Shown here piece by piece: positions 17,987-27,117 of a DNA stretch of 64,000 bases. Source of the stretch: Bdellovibrio sp. ZAP7. GTDB taxonomy: Bacteria; Bdellovibrionota_B; Oligoflexia; Oligoflexales; RGVZ01. Below the pieces are notes generated by a model, which was given only the letters and a program-made list of their open reading frames with translations, did no database searches and had not been told where the DNA came from. Where the stretch lies: contig CAMDKS010000003.1 in NCBI GenBank assembly GCA_945900755.1, positions 17,031-81,030 of the forward strand, in the 5' to 3' direction. Each line of letters starts with the position of its first letter. Position 1 is the stretch's first letter. Both the position numbers and the translations under genes were made by a program.

Positions 17987-20900
17987 ATGAACCACTGCCG
18001 CAATAGACTTTTGGTAACAATCCTCGGGCACTCGCTTCCATTTATCCTACTCGTTTCTGCTATGACTGAAAGTTGTACCAGGAAAATCAAGCAAGTCATC
18101 TACGTGCCGGTAAACACCGAAACTAAAGTCATCGTTGTCCAAGCTGGAAGCCTACCAAGTCCCAACTCAGGCGGCGGTGACATCGCTTACCTTGGGGGCA
18201 CTATATCGACGCAGGTCATTGGCGGTAAAGTATTTATTCCGGTTGAAGGAACGTTCAGTGACGCGAGTTTTTCCGACGTCCTAGCCACGGCTAGCTCGCA
18301 AGGCCTTAGCACTGCTGAGCGTAATGCAGTGCTGTCTCAAGAGGTTGGCGGTGTGCTCAAAGCCATCAGCACTAAAATGCCGGTTCTTCATTCAAAGATT
18401 GTTCCCGAAATTGGATTTTTTACGGCCTTGATACCATTTGAAGACTACGGGCGCCTATCCACCGTGACTGGTCTTTCTCATAGAATTCTTTTGAATCCCG
18501 TCCTCAGCACGCTACGTGGCCCAGAAACACTAGGGTTAAAAGCAGCGACGACTATGGTTTCTCTCGGCATCCATTCAGATACGCAGTCGAATGATGAAAG
18601 TGGTCGTGGGAATAATGATTCATTTAGTGGCCTTGAGCGAATTGGAGTCGATGAATTTATTGCCGCCGTCAAGAGAGATACAGACAGTGTGCCTGATGGC
18701 TCTGGTGTAGCCGTTGGTGTTAGCGATACGGGCGTCACGTTGAATCATCCTGCATTTGTTGATGCATCTGGAATACCCCGCATTTCGTATATGAAGGACT
18801 TCACTAACGAAGGTCTCATTTATTTTGCGGACAAGGCGAATTTTTCCGTCGAGGTGCCAACAACGGTTCCTGATGGTGTGGACGGCAGTCAGGCACTCCT
18901 GATCTCGGCCCAATACCTTTTAAGTCCTGGCGGCGTAGCGCTTCCAGTCGGCGACAATTTCCGGGAAGTGACGTCTCAATTATTCCTTTTGAGTCCTGCG
19001 CTAAAAGCGTCCCTGTTAGCTGAGAATTCTGGGGCTCGGCTCGGGGTCTTTTCTGAGTCTTCCTTCAAAAAAACTGATGGCTCTGAGGCCGTCGACTTGA
19101 ATCACAATGGCAAAGTGGACGATTTGCTGTGGGCCATTTTGATTCCCGACAGTGATCCGGCCAAAAGCAAAATGTATTTGGATACCAGCGGACGCAGCGA
19201 CTTCCGCAAAAGTGCTCCCGTTCAGGATTGGAACGCATCCAAATCCACGATCAAGGTATTTTCCGAGACGGTTGGATTTGAAATTAAATCCTTTCCTCTG
19301 CTTAATGGTGCAGGCGAAGAGGTGTCAGCGACTGCTTCGGCGATTGTCGGCTTCGACCCGGGCAATCACGGATCACACGTTTCAGGCATCATCGGCGCCC
19401 GCAAGACGATTACTAACGACTCAGACTCAACCAACGCGCGCGGCGTTGCGCCGAACACTAAAATCATGGTTAATCGAGTTTGCGCTAACAATGGCGGCTG
19501 TAACGCCACTGAGGCCATCATTGATTTGTCCCAGCACGGAGCTGAGGTCATCAACATGTCTCTCGGTGGGCTTGGACCAACGAACGACGGATATGCCGTT
19601 CAAGAAACGATCATCAATCGCCTCACACTTCTCAACAATACTCTCTTCGTCATCTCTGCTGGAAACTCAGGGCCTGGCCGTCAAACCGTAGGCAGTCCAT
19701 CCGTTGCTCGCATGGCGCTGAGTGTGGCAGCAACAGCATCGAAAAAAATGATTGAACGCCAGTATCAGAATCCAGGAACTGGAAAGTCGTCAGCAACCAC
19801 AGCTGAAGATGATTTCATGCTTTATTTCTCGAGTCGTGGCCCTACTGCCGCCGGAGGTCTCAAGCCAAATATTTCGGCGCCAGGAACCGAGCTAAGTTCA
19901 GTCCAACTTAATTCCGCTCCCGGAGATCGTTCAGGACTTGACGTCTATTGGGGAACCTCGATGGCGGCTCCAACGGTTACGGGAGCAGTGGCACTCCTGA
20001 TTGACGGGATTAAACGTTACAACCAAAAATTTCCCGGCAAGGCTCTTTCATTAGATGCGAGAACTCTCCACCGGATTATTTCAGCTAGTGCCCGTACGTT
20101 TGATGTGAGCTCGTATGACGTAGTCAGCGGTGAGCGCAAGCAAGGTCAGTACTCATGGATCGACCAAGGCCACGGCATGATTAACCTGCCTGCCGCATGG
20201 GAGGCTTTGAAGGCTGAACGGGATACTAGGGCTGCAGGCGCAGTGTTTGCTGGCAGTCAAGTCATGGACCTTGACTACGAAGTGCGCGTATTGAGCAAAT
20301 CTCCAAACGGTGAAGACTACACTGGTAGCATTGCGAGCCCGACAGATGCGAATGGTGGGACTGAACCCAAATTTGGACGCGGTATTTACCTTGATATGAA
20401 TTCTAAAGCTTCGCTGATCGAGGTGCAGATTGCGCGAAGACTACCATACAACGCGCTCCAACGTGAGGACGTTGGTGACCTCCACCGTTTACTGGTGACC
20501 ACTGCTGATCGTTTCATACTTAAGACGGTTATTTATGGTTCCTCTGTCGTTTGGTTGAGAGCTGGTGTTCTGGCTGGGTTGGATTGTGACGGATCTTTGG
20601 TTTCGGACCTTACCGTTCTTGGCTTAGGCGCCGTGGATGGGATTCCTGGCGGCACAACACCATCTACCGGTTTAGGCGCCAGCAACCTTCAAGTTTGTCT
20701 TAGTCGAAATCTTATGGCGACACTTCCTCCGGGAGACCATGGAGCCATCATCCGAGCCTTTCGCGTTAACAGTGATGGAACCCCTGAATCCACGCCTGCC
20801 TTCGAGGTCCCGGTATACGTGGCTGTTCCGCACGCAACGATGGCCGGACTTGCCGGCTACACGGTTAGCGGAACCGCTGCGAGTCATTCCGTTACCAGAA

Positions 20901-21916
20901 ACTATGTGCAGATCCCTGAGGGAACAAGCGTCGTAAAAATTACTCTGGAGGTGCCCGCACCGAAGGTCGCCGGCAATCAGGTTACCGGTTGCGCTGGCGT
21001 CAAGCTAGTCGTTCTGGAAGGTCAAAACACCGCTGAACCCGCTGAACTAAAACTAAATTCGCGTGCGCAAAACTGTTTAAAAAATGGAGAGATCGCCGCC
21101 GCAAGTAAACGTGTGGTCTCTTATTCTCGAATGAATCCAAGGGCGGGACTTTGGGACATCCATGTGTTTGGACAGGCCATGTTTAAAGATAGTCCCTACA
21201 CCCTGACAGTAGAGTTTGCTAAAGTTGCGACGTCAATCTCTGCCATTGATGGTGACACGTCGGCCCTTACTAGCAGCATGCTTTTTGATATTGTTGACTC
21301 ATCTATGGCTGCCATTCCCTCGACACTTAAAAGTGAATTTGCCTTAACTGGCTTGGCTCAAAAACAGATACCAACCATCAAGCATCAAGAAAGGCTAATT
21401 TTGGCCGACTTAGATGGAGCCAAGGGTCGCACCTATGACAGCACCACAGCGTCCGTTAATTTTTCAACCGGCGGCGCAGCTGGAAGTGACTTGGATTTGG
21501 AGGTTCTTGAGTGTACAGATGGCGCAAATATCCCTGACTCATGCAAGCTGATTGGAGGTAGCGGCGGTATGACAGATGTGGAGTCCTTTGATTTCGTACC
21601 GATGCCGGGCAAACTTTATGCCGCTAGGATTATTGGATATGAGGTTGCCAGCCTCCAAACGCCACTGGAAACAACGTTTGAATTTATCGAAACTCGTAAA
21701 TTCATCACTCAAGATCCGGGCACTCTGACCATTGCCGTTGTCCCTGGAGCGACCGATAAGTATAAGATTGACTATGCCTTTGATCTCGCTGCTTCGCTGA
21801 TTCTTCGTGACCCTTGCTTTATCAGTAGCCAGTGCTCTGCCATCGGAAATTTGACCGTCAAAGATGACGCCGGTGCAAGTCTGGTTCGTGTACCGGTGAC
21901 GGTCCACGGTCCCTAA
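17987..21916 (+). CDS. large secreted subtilisin-like (S8) serine protease
   Basis: Catalytic triad contexts VGVSDTGV (Asp), GNHGSHVSGIIGA (His) and GTSMAAPTVTGAVALL (Ser). ORF trimmed to the ATG at 17987, which follows AGGAG. Confidence 0.85.
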   Translation: MNHCRNRLLVTILGHSLPFILLVSAMTESCTRKIKQVIYVPVNTETKVIVVQAGSLPSPNSGGGDIAYLGGTISTQVIGGKVFIPVEGTFSDASFSDVLATASSQGLSTAERNAVLSQEVGGVLKAISTKMPVLHSKIVPEIGFFTALIPFEDYGRLSTVTGLSHRILLNPVLSTLRGPETLGLKAATTMVSLGIHSDTQSNDESGRGNNDSFSGLERIGVDEFIAAVKRDTDSVPDGSGVAVGVSDTGVTLNHPAFVDASGIPRISYMKDFTNEGLIYFADKANFSVEVPTTVPDGVDGSQALLISAQYLLSPGGVALPVGDNFREVTSQLFLLSPALKASLLAENSGARLGVFSESSFKKTDGSEAVDLNHNGKVDDLLWAILIPDSDPAKSKMYLDTSGRSDFRKSAPVQDWNASKSTIKVFSETVGFEIKSFPLLNGAGEEVSATASAIVGFDPGNHGSHVSGIIGARKTITNDSDSTNARGVAPNTKIMVNRVCANNGGCNATEAIIDLSQHGAEVINMSLGGLGPTNDGYAVQETIINRLTLLNNTLFVISAGNSGPGRQTVGSPSVARMALSVAATASKKMIERQYQNPGTGKSSATTAEDDFMLYFSSRGPTAAGGLKPNISAPGTELSSVQLNSAPGDRSGLDVYWGTSMAAPTVTGAVALLIDGIKRYNQKFPGKALSLDARTLHRIISASARTFDVSSYDVVSGERKQGQYSWIDQGHGMINLPAAWEALKAERDTRAAGAVFAGSQVMDLDYEVRVLSKSPNGEDYTGSIASPTDANGGTEPKFGRGIYLDMNSKASLIEVQIARRLPYNALQREDVGDLHRLLVTTADRFILKTVIYGSSVVWLRAGVLAGLDCDGSLVSDLTVLGLGAVDGIPGGTTPSTGLGASNLQVCLSRNLMATLPPGDHGAIIRAFRVNSDGTPESTPAFEVPVYVAVPHATMAGLAGYTVSGTAASHSVTRNYVQIPEGTSVVKITLEVPAPKVAGNQVTGCAGVKLVVLEGQNTAEPAELKLNSRAQNCLKNGEIAAASKRVVSYSRMNPRAGLWDIHVFGQAMFKDSPYTLTVEFAKVATSISAIDGDTSALTSSMLFDIVDSSMAAIPSTLKSEFALTGLAQKQIPTIKHQERLILADLDGAKGRTYDSTTASVNFSTGGAAGSDLDLEVLECTDGANIPDSCKLIGGSGGMTDVESFDFVPMPGKLYAARIIGYEVASLQTPLETTFEFIETRKFITQDPGTLTIAVVPGATDKYKIDYAFDLAASLILRDPCFISSQCSAIGNLTVKDDAGASLVRVPVTVHGP

Positions 21917-21956
21917 CAAGATTTTGAGGAAAAAGGTAAGATTCTGCTCAAAAAGA

Positions 21957-21978
21957 CTCTGGCGCGAAAGCGCCAGAG
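21957..21978. terminator. bidirectional terminator hairpin
   Basis: CTCTGGCGC-GAAA-GCGCCAGAG between convergent genes. Confidence 0.6.
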
Positions 21979-21983
21979 ACTTG

Positions 21984-22967
21984 TTAAGTTGCCAGGTCGT
22001 AACCCATCATTCCACTAATCCCACCTGTATGGACCAGTAAAATGCGGCCTCTGCAGTTTTGTCCGGTGATGAGATCAAAGGCTCGCATAAATAATTTTGC
22101 ACTATAGACGGGGTCAACAAGGATCCCGTGACGTCTGGCCATGTGCCTGATGAATTCAAATAATTGGGCGTTTGTTGCGCCATAGGATCTCGGCTTTAGA
22201 GGGCGGTATACTCGCACAAAAGGAACCACATCATCCCAAGTAATTTTCGTGACGGGAGTTATCCAGGACTGAAAGGCCTTTTGAACTTGTTCTTCGAAAC
22301 CGGCCATTTGCACGATATGCAGTTTAGTCGATTTATGGGCACCACGCATCAGCAGTCCTGCAGCGAGACTGCCCGCACTAAGAGCGGTGCCACTGTCCAT
22401 AAAAATATGCGCCGGCGGAATATGATCCGGCCACTCTATTCGTGGCCTTAGAATATCTTCGGCAAGCGTCAGGCAACCTGCTACAGCGGCCTCACACCCA
22501 CCACCCTCATCAAGGATTAGTGACGACTCCCCTTTAGCTGTGAGCTCTGCTGCGAAGCAGCGCATGCGTTCAGATATCGAGTCCTTTTCGCTGCGCGCGA
22601 CAATAATGAGATTTTCTGGCGGCAGAGCCAAACGGATGAGCATGCGATTGCCAGTGCGTGGACCTGTTGCGTCGTCGTGGTCTTGCACTGCGAATGCGGT
22701 GACGGTCAATCCCGCTTCGGCACACAGCACAGCTGCGGCGGCCAAATTATTGGAGTTCACTCCGCCCGTGGTAATAATATGTGAGATATTGTTTTCGTGA
22801 CAAAATTTTGTGATCGAAGCGTATTTTCGAAATTTTGTGCCCCAAAAACCACCGAGCTCATCGTCACGCAAAACCCACAGACTGCGATCTGTCCATTCAG
22901 GAAGATAGGCATCACCCTCAATTAGATTTTTACCTAGTTTGGTTAAGCGAGATTCAAGTCGTTTCAT
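21984..22967 (-). CDS. PLP-dependent ACC deaminase / D-cysteine desulfhydrase family enzyme
   Basis: LRDDELGGFWGTKFRKY (PLP-lysine context) and a fold-type II C-terminal region. Confidence 0.75.
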   Translation of the reverse strand: MKRLESRLTKLGKNLIEGDAYLPEWTDRSLWVLRDDELGGFWGTKFRKYASITKFCHENNISHIITTGGVNSNNLAAAAVLCAEAGLTVTAFAVQDHDDATGPRTGNRMLIRLALPPENLIIVARSEKDSISERMRCFAAELTAKGESSLILDEGGGCEAAVAGCLTLAEDILRPRIEWPDHIPPAHIFMDSGTALSAGSLAAGLLMRGAHKSTKLHIVQMAGFEEQVQKAFQSWITPVTKITWDDVVPFVRVYRPLKPRSYGATNAQLFEFIRHMARRHGILVDPVYSAKLFMRAFDLITGQNCRGRILLVHTGGISGMMGYDLAT

Positions 22968-23008
22968 GGATTAATTTCTGCATGAGCAGAGGAGGATTCA
23001 GGAAGGGA

Positions 23009-23085
23009 TGGTGCGGGTACGCTGACTCGAACAGCGGACCTCCACGATGTCAACGTGGCGCTCTAACCAACTGAGCTATACCCGC
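23009..23085 (-). tRNA. tRNA-Val (anticodon GAC), CCA encoded
   Basis: Reverse complement folds as GCGGGTA|TA|GCTC-AGTTGGTTA-GAGC|G|CCACG-TTGACAT-CGTGG|AGGTC|CGCTG-TTCGAGT-CAGCG|TACCCGC|A|CCA. Confidence 0.9.
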
Positions 23086-23271
23086 GCACTATGTTGGAAC
23101 CAAGAGTTATAGACTGCTGCCCATGACTATGTCAAGGCTCTATAGGAAAGGGCTACTTCTTTCTGAATTTGGTCGTTGAAACGTCATTCTGCCACATCTG
23201 TAATAGTATTTACAGGCGCGTAAAATTTGGCGCCCATCGCCCGAATAGCATGCTTTTTATTCTCTGCACCT

Positions 23272-23311
23272 CCGCTTTATTAAGCAGGCGGCTTAATAAA
23301 GCGGTAGTACA
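23272..23311 (+). repeat. copy 3 of the core repeat, here as a complete hairpin
   Basis: CCGCTTTATTAAGC-AGGCG-GCTTAATAAAGCGG is a perfect 14-bp stem, followed by TAGTACA. Confidence 0.9.
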
Positions 23312-23414
23312 CAGCTTGCAACAATTCCGAGGAAGAAATACCTGCCACACTTTGATTTGCGATGGACTGCATGGCACCTAGAATAGCTATTTTTATCAGG
23401 TCGTTTGTAGTCAT
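23280..23414 (-). CDS. possible 44-aa small ORF ending inside repeat copy 3
   Basis: Below the ORF-track cutoff. GAGGGTAAA-ATG context. Translation is MTTNDLIKIAILGAMQSIANQSVAGISSSELLQAVYYRFIKPPA. No family recognised and it may be non-coding. Confidence 0.25.
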   Translation of the reverse strand: MTTNDLIKIAILGAMQSIANQSVAGISSSELLQAVYYRFIKPPA

Positions 23415-23430
23415 TTTACCCTCGCATATC

Positions 23431-23483
23431 AGCTCATTGTGAGCTAATACTGCAATATTAGCTCATATTGAGCTGATATTGCA
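23431..23483. promoter_or_regulatory. cluster of AGCTCA-N3-TGAGCT palindromes
   Basis: AGCTCATTGTGAGCT at 23431..23445. A 33-nt near-palindrome TGCAATATTAGCTCATATTGAGCTGATATTGCA at 23451..23483. A third AGCTCA half-site at 23491 and an AACCAA-N5-TTGGTT hairpin at about 23503..23519. Confidence 0.4.
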
Positions 23484-23571
23484 AAGAATAAGCTCAATAT
23501 GAACCAATATTCTTGGTTGACGTACCCAACCGCACGGTCTTGAGTATCAAGCCGAGGGAGTTATCGGGAAT

Positions 23572-24795
23572 TTACCGAACCGTTGGTGCATGTTGCCTAA
23601 AGTATTCACCTGCGACCAAAGCGGCAGCAATACCCACGTTTAGGCTTTGAACGGCGCCGGTACCCGGAATTGTAATCATGCCCTCTGAAGCCTTACGAGC
23701 GTCAGGCGAAAGCCCCCGTGCCTCGTTGCCAAGCATGACTGCGAGACGTGCAGGTAGCGCGCCTCCAGTACCTGGTTGATAAAGATTAATGCGGCCTTTT
23801 AATGCGGTGCCGAGCACACTCATGCCGCGCTGACGAAGCTCTGTCGAAATGAGGCTGATAGAAGGACCGGAAATAAATTCTACGGATTCGCCGCCGCCCT
23901 CAGCTGTGCGTAGCAATGCTGCGGAAGGTTTGAAATCCTTTTCGTTTGGTAGAACAACATAACGACATCCAAAATTTGCAGCACTGCGAAGAATGGCGCC
24001 GACATTGTGTGGGTTGGCAACGTCTTCCAGAATTAATACCAAGGAAGCGGCTGATTCGTTTTCATCGAGTTGCGCTAGAAAATTTACCCAGCTTGGTGGC
24101 AAGCGTCTTTTTGCGATAATGCATACGCCCTCGTGGTGCGTGCTCCCAGAGATCTTGTCCATGTCTTCTGAGGTAACCACATGGTAGGCCTTCCGCTTGA
24201 GGCAACATGATTTCACGAGTTCGGAAAATTCTTCGAGACGAGCTTCTACGAGATACACGCGAATGATATCGTGAGGCCGAGAGTCATGTAATTTTTGACA
24301 GGCGTTATACCCACAAAGCTTAATTTCATCAAGATTTCCCTTACCCCGTGCCACTTCAGGCATGGCGCGAAGTGGACGAACATAGGGAATGGCCGTTGTG
24401 GAAATCGTGTCGCGAGCTGTGGAGACGGGAGCTGGGGTCATAGCTTGTGCAGAACGGCTAGGTGCGGCCGTCGATGTGCTTGAATAGACTGGACGGTCTG
24501 AATTCCTTTGGGGAGGCTGACTTGAATAGCTTGGACGATCTGAAGACCTAGGAGCCGACGTGCTGGAATAACTTGGACGATCTGAAGACCTAGAATCTGA
24601 CGTACTGGAGTACGAGCCCTTTGAGGGCGAGGTGCTTGAGTATGATCCTTTGCTCGAAGAATCTGAGGTGCTGGAGTATGAGCCCTTAGACGACGAGGTG
24701 CTCGCGTAGGAGCCCTTCTGTTCTGATGCTTGGTTGGTTCTAAATGGCATGGAAGTCCTTTGCTTTATTGGGAAGTCTAGGTCATTCTGGTTCAT
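23572..24795 (-). CDS. RlmB-like SpoU rRNA methyltransferase with a Ser/Tyr-rich tandem-repeat N-terminal extension
   Basis: The C-terminal 250 aa carry SpoU motifs (NPHNVGAILRSAANFG, MLGNEARGLS, IPGTGAVQSLNVGIAAAL). The N-terminus contains KGSY(A/S)STS x4 and SDRP(S/V)YSS x3. Confidence 0.8.
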   Translation of the reverse strand: MNQNDLDFPIKQRTSMPFRTNQASEQKGSYASTSSSKGSYSSTSDSSSKGSYSSTSPSKGSYSSTSDSRSSDRPSYSSTSAPRSSDRPSYSSQPPQRNSDRPVYSSTSTAAPSRSAQAMTPAPVSTARDTISTTAIPYVRPLRAMPEVARGKGNLDEIKLCGYNACQKLHDSRPHDIIRVYLVEARLEEFSELVKSCCLKRKAYHVVTSEDMDKISGSTHHEGVCIIAKRRLPPSWVNFLAQLDENESAASLVLILEDVANPHNVGAILRSAANFGCRYVVLPNEKDFKPSAALLRTAEGGGESVEFISGPSISLISTELRQRGMSVLGTALKGRINLYQPGTGGALPARLAVMLGNEARGLSPDARKASEGMITIPGTGAVQSLNVGIAAALVAGEYFRQHAPTVR

Positions 24796-25094
24796 TTATA
24801 CGGCTCCCTGGATCTCCGCTTTTAGGCGGCAGATATAATTAACGAATTAATTAAACATTTCAGGGGCTGGTCATACATGGTTTTCATGTTGGGCTCAATA
24901 GTTTTATTGGTTTTTATCATTATTTAAAGACGCCTCCCTCGAATTTGTATTGACTTATAATAGGCCCACCCCAAAAAGCACCACTTTCTTAGAAATATTA
25001 CAAAAACAGATTGAAATCAATACTAAGCCTTGCTATATGGAGCGTTCCCAGATAGCGGACACCAGTCCCATAAATAGCACCCTAAGGAGCATGT

Positions 25095-26273
25095 ATGAAT
25101 AGCAGTCAACTTCCCGTCGTTAAAATGAAAACCCCAAAGAGATTTTCTCATCCCTGGGTTTTCCAAAAAATGGTGGAACGTCCGAATGCAGAAATTCGTC
25201 CGCGCAACGGCTCTGTTGTTGATCTTGTCGATACCGATGGAAGTTGGATTGGGCGAGGCCTTTACAATGGCCATTCACGCATTGGGGTTCGACTACTTAC
25301 AGACAATAGCTTTGAAGAGATCAACGAAGATTTTTTCGTCGATCGTTTTTACCGAGCATTAAAACTCCGTCGCGATGTTTTAAAATTAGATGACGTAACC
25401 AACGCCTACCGCCTCATTCACTCCGAAGCTGATGGCCTAAGCGGGTTGGTCATCGACCGTTACGGCGATTTAATCGTGATCGAATATTTTTCAAGCGGCA
25501 TGTACCGTTTGCATAAAGTGATTGAATCAGCCCTTCTTAAGATTTTTCCGGGTTCAAAAATTTATTTCTTTGCGGAAGAACACGTCCAAAAACAAGAGTC
25601 CATAGACATTCGAAGTCCCCAGCCACCAGAGCCAGTGGTCATTCAAGAGCATGGCTTAAACTTCCGAGTGGCACCAGGGTCCAAGCACAAAACAGGATTC
25701 TTCTGCGATCAGCGTGACAATCGCAAGTTGTTAGCCGATATGACGCAAGGTGGTCGTGTGCTTGATATTTGCTGCAATAGCGGTGGATTTGCTGTGTACG
25801 CGAAAACCTTGGGCGGCGCCAGTGAAGTCACGGGTCTTGATCTTGATGAAGACGTCATTGAGTTAGCGAAAAAAAATGCAGACTTAAACAATGCCGATAT
25901 CAATTTTGTGCATGCGGATCTTTTTCCTTGGTTGCGTGAAGCTGCGGCAAAAAAGCAAACGTGGGACATGGTTGTGCTAGACCCATCCAAGCAAACCAGA
26001 AGCAAAGATGATATTATTGGTGCACTAAAGAAGTACTGCGACATGAACCGTAGCGCGATTTCCGTCGTGAAGCCGGGCGGGGTCTTTGTGACATTCTCCT
26101 GTACAGGGCTCGTTAGCGAAGAAGATTTCCTTGAGTCGATTCGGCGTGGAGCGTTTCAAGCCAAACGTGAGCTTCAGATTTTCAAAATTACGGGCGCCGC
26201 AGGCGATCACCCTCACTTGGTCAATGTTCCAGAGAGTCGTTACCTCAAGGCTGTCTGGGCTCGCGTCTGGTAA
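25095..26273 (+). CDS. rlmI: PUA-domain class I SAM-dependent rRNA (m5C) methyltransferase, RlmI-like
   Basis: PWVF...G.V..V N-terminal PUA-like region, then VLDICCNSGGFAVYA and VLDPSK motifs. Confidence 0.75.
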   Translation: MNSSQLPVVKMKTPKRFSHPWVFQKMVERPNAEIRPRNGSVVDLVDTDGSWIGRGLYNGHSRIGVRLLTDNSFEEINEDFFVDRFYRALKLRRDVLKLDDVTNAYRLIHSEADGLSGLVIDRYGDLIVIEYFSSGMYRLHKVIESALLKIFPGSKIYFFAEEHVQKQESIDIRSPQPPEPVVIQEHGLNFRVAPGSKHKTGFFCDQRDNRKLLADMTQGGRVLDICCNSGGFAVYAKTLGGASEVTGLDLDEDVIELAKKNADLNNADINFVHADLFPWLREAAAKKQTWDMVVLDPSKQTRSKDDIIGALKKYCDMNRSAISVVKPGGVFVTFSCTGLVSEEDFLESIRRGAFQAKRELQIFKITGAAGDHPHLVNVPESRYLKAVWARVW

Positions 26274-26276
26274 GTT

Positions 26277-27029
26277 ATGCCGGTAGATTTTGTATCGAAG
26301 CCGTTGGAGGGTCATCCACTCACCGAACTTCAATACGAGCTAACGCCCGTAGTAGTGGAAGCTCACGGTCAAACTCTTAATTTAGTGGCCCTAGCAGACG
26401 TGGAGCGAGCGATTGATCAGGTATTCAATTGGCTAGATGCGTCAGGACGTGACGCCAACGAAATTGAACGCCTCGCTCCCTATTTTGGTGCTGTTTGGCC
26501 TTCAGCCCTTGCCCTAACCGATTATTTACTTCACGAAAAAAACGTAAAGAACCTCGTTGGCACAAGGGTGCTAGAGCTTGGCTGCGGTCTCGCAATCCCG
26601 TCCATGATGGCAGCACGCTCAGGCGCCGACGTTTCCGCTATGGATAATCACCCTGATGTTCCTCGTTTTTTGCAGGTCAACGTCCAACAAAATGAACCCC
26701 TCAGCCTTCGTTTTATTGCCTCTTCGGAACCCCAGAGTGCTAATTCCATTGAGATGAATCGCCATAGTTTCGATCTAATCATGGCCAGTGATATCCTCTA
26801 TGAAGCGAGACTAGCCGAGCATTTTGCAAATGAAATCACGGCCTATTCAAAGCCTTCCGCAACCGCCATTATTGCAGATCCCGGAAGGCCGCACGTAGAT
26901 ACTTTTATCCATGCTATGACGCTCCGTGGGTGGAAATATGAGCTTATAAAACAGTCACATCCCATTAATATCGCCACGGTTCTACCCCCCCCCGTAGAAA
27001 TACTCGTACTGAAATTTGTCCGCCAATAA
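26277..27029 (+). CDS. class I SAM-dependent methyltransferase (protein-lysine MTase-16-like)
   Basis: VLELGCGLAIPSMMAARSGADVSAMD and ASDILYE. Starts 3 nt after the rlmI-like stop. Confidence 0.6.
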   Translation: MPVDFVSKPLEGHPLTELQYELTPVVVEAHGQTLNLVALADVERAIDQVFNWLDASGRDANEIERLAPYFGAVWPSALALTDYLLHEKNVKNLVGTRVLELGCGLAIPSMMAARSGADVSAMDNHPDVPRFLQVNVQQNEPLSLRFIASSEPQSANSIEMNRHSFDLIMASDILYEARLAEHFANEITAYSKPSATAIIADPGRPHVDTFIHAMTLRGWKYELIKQSHPINIATVLPPPVEILVLKFVRQ

Positions 27030-27117
27030 ATTCAGGGTACAATATTAGTACATGGGAAAATGGACGATGATTCATGTCGACAAAAAATGTCTTTTGCAAA
27101 TGAGCTATTAGAACTAA

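Noticed and set aside
23169-23381. 70-aa plus-strand ORF next to tRNA-Val.
   Set aside because: It reads straight through the 14-bp hairpin repeat, starts with TTG without an SD, and has a Cys/Arg-rich composition. The opposite-strand 44-aa ORF has a better context, though it too is only tentative.
24450-24730. Repetitive DNA that could be mistaken for a CRISPR-like or minisatellite array.
   Set aside because: The repeats are imperfect, in frame, and translate to a coherent Ser/Tyr-rich peptide inside a long ORF. There are no spacer-like unique segments.
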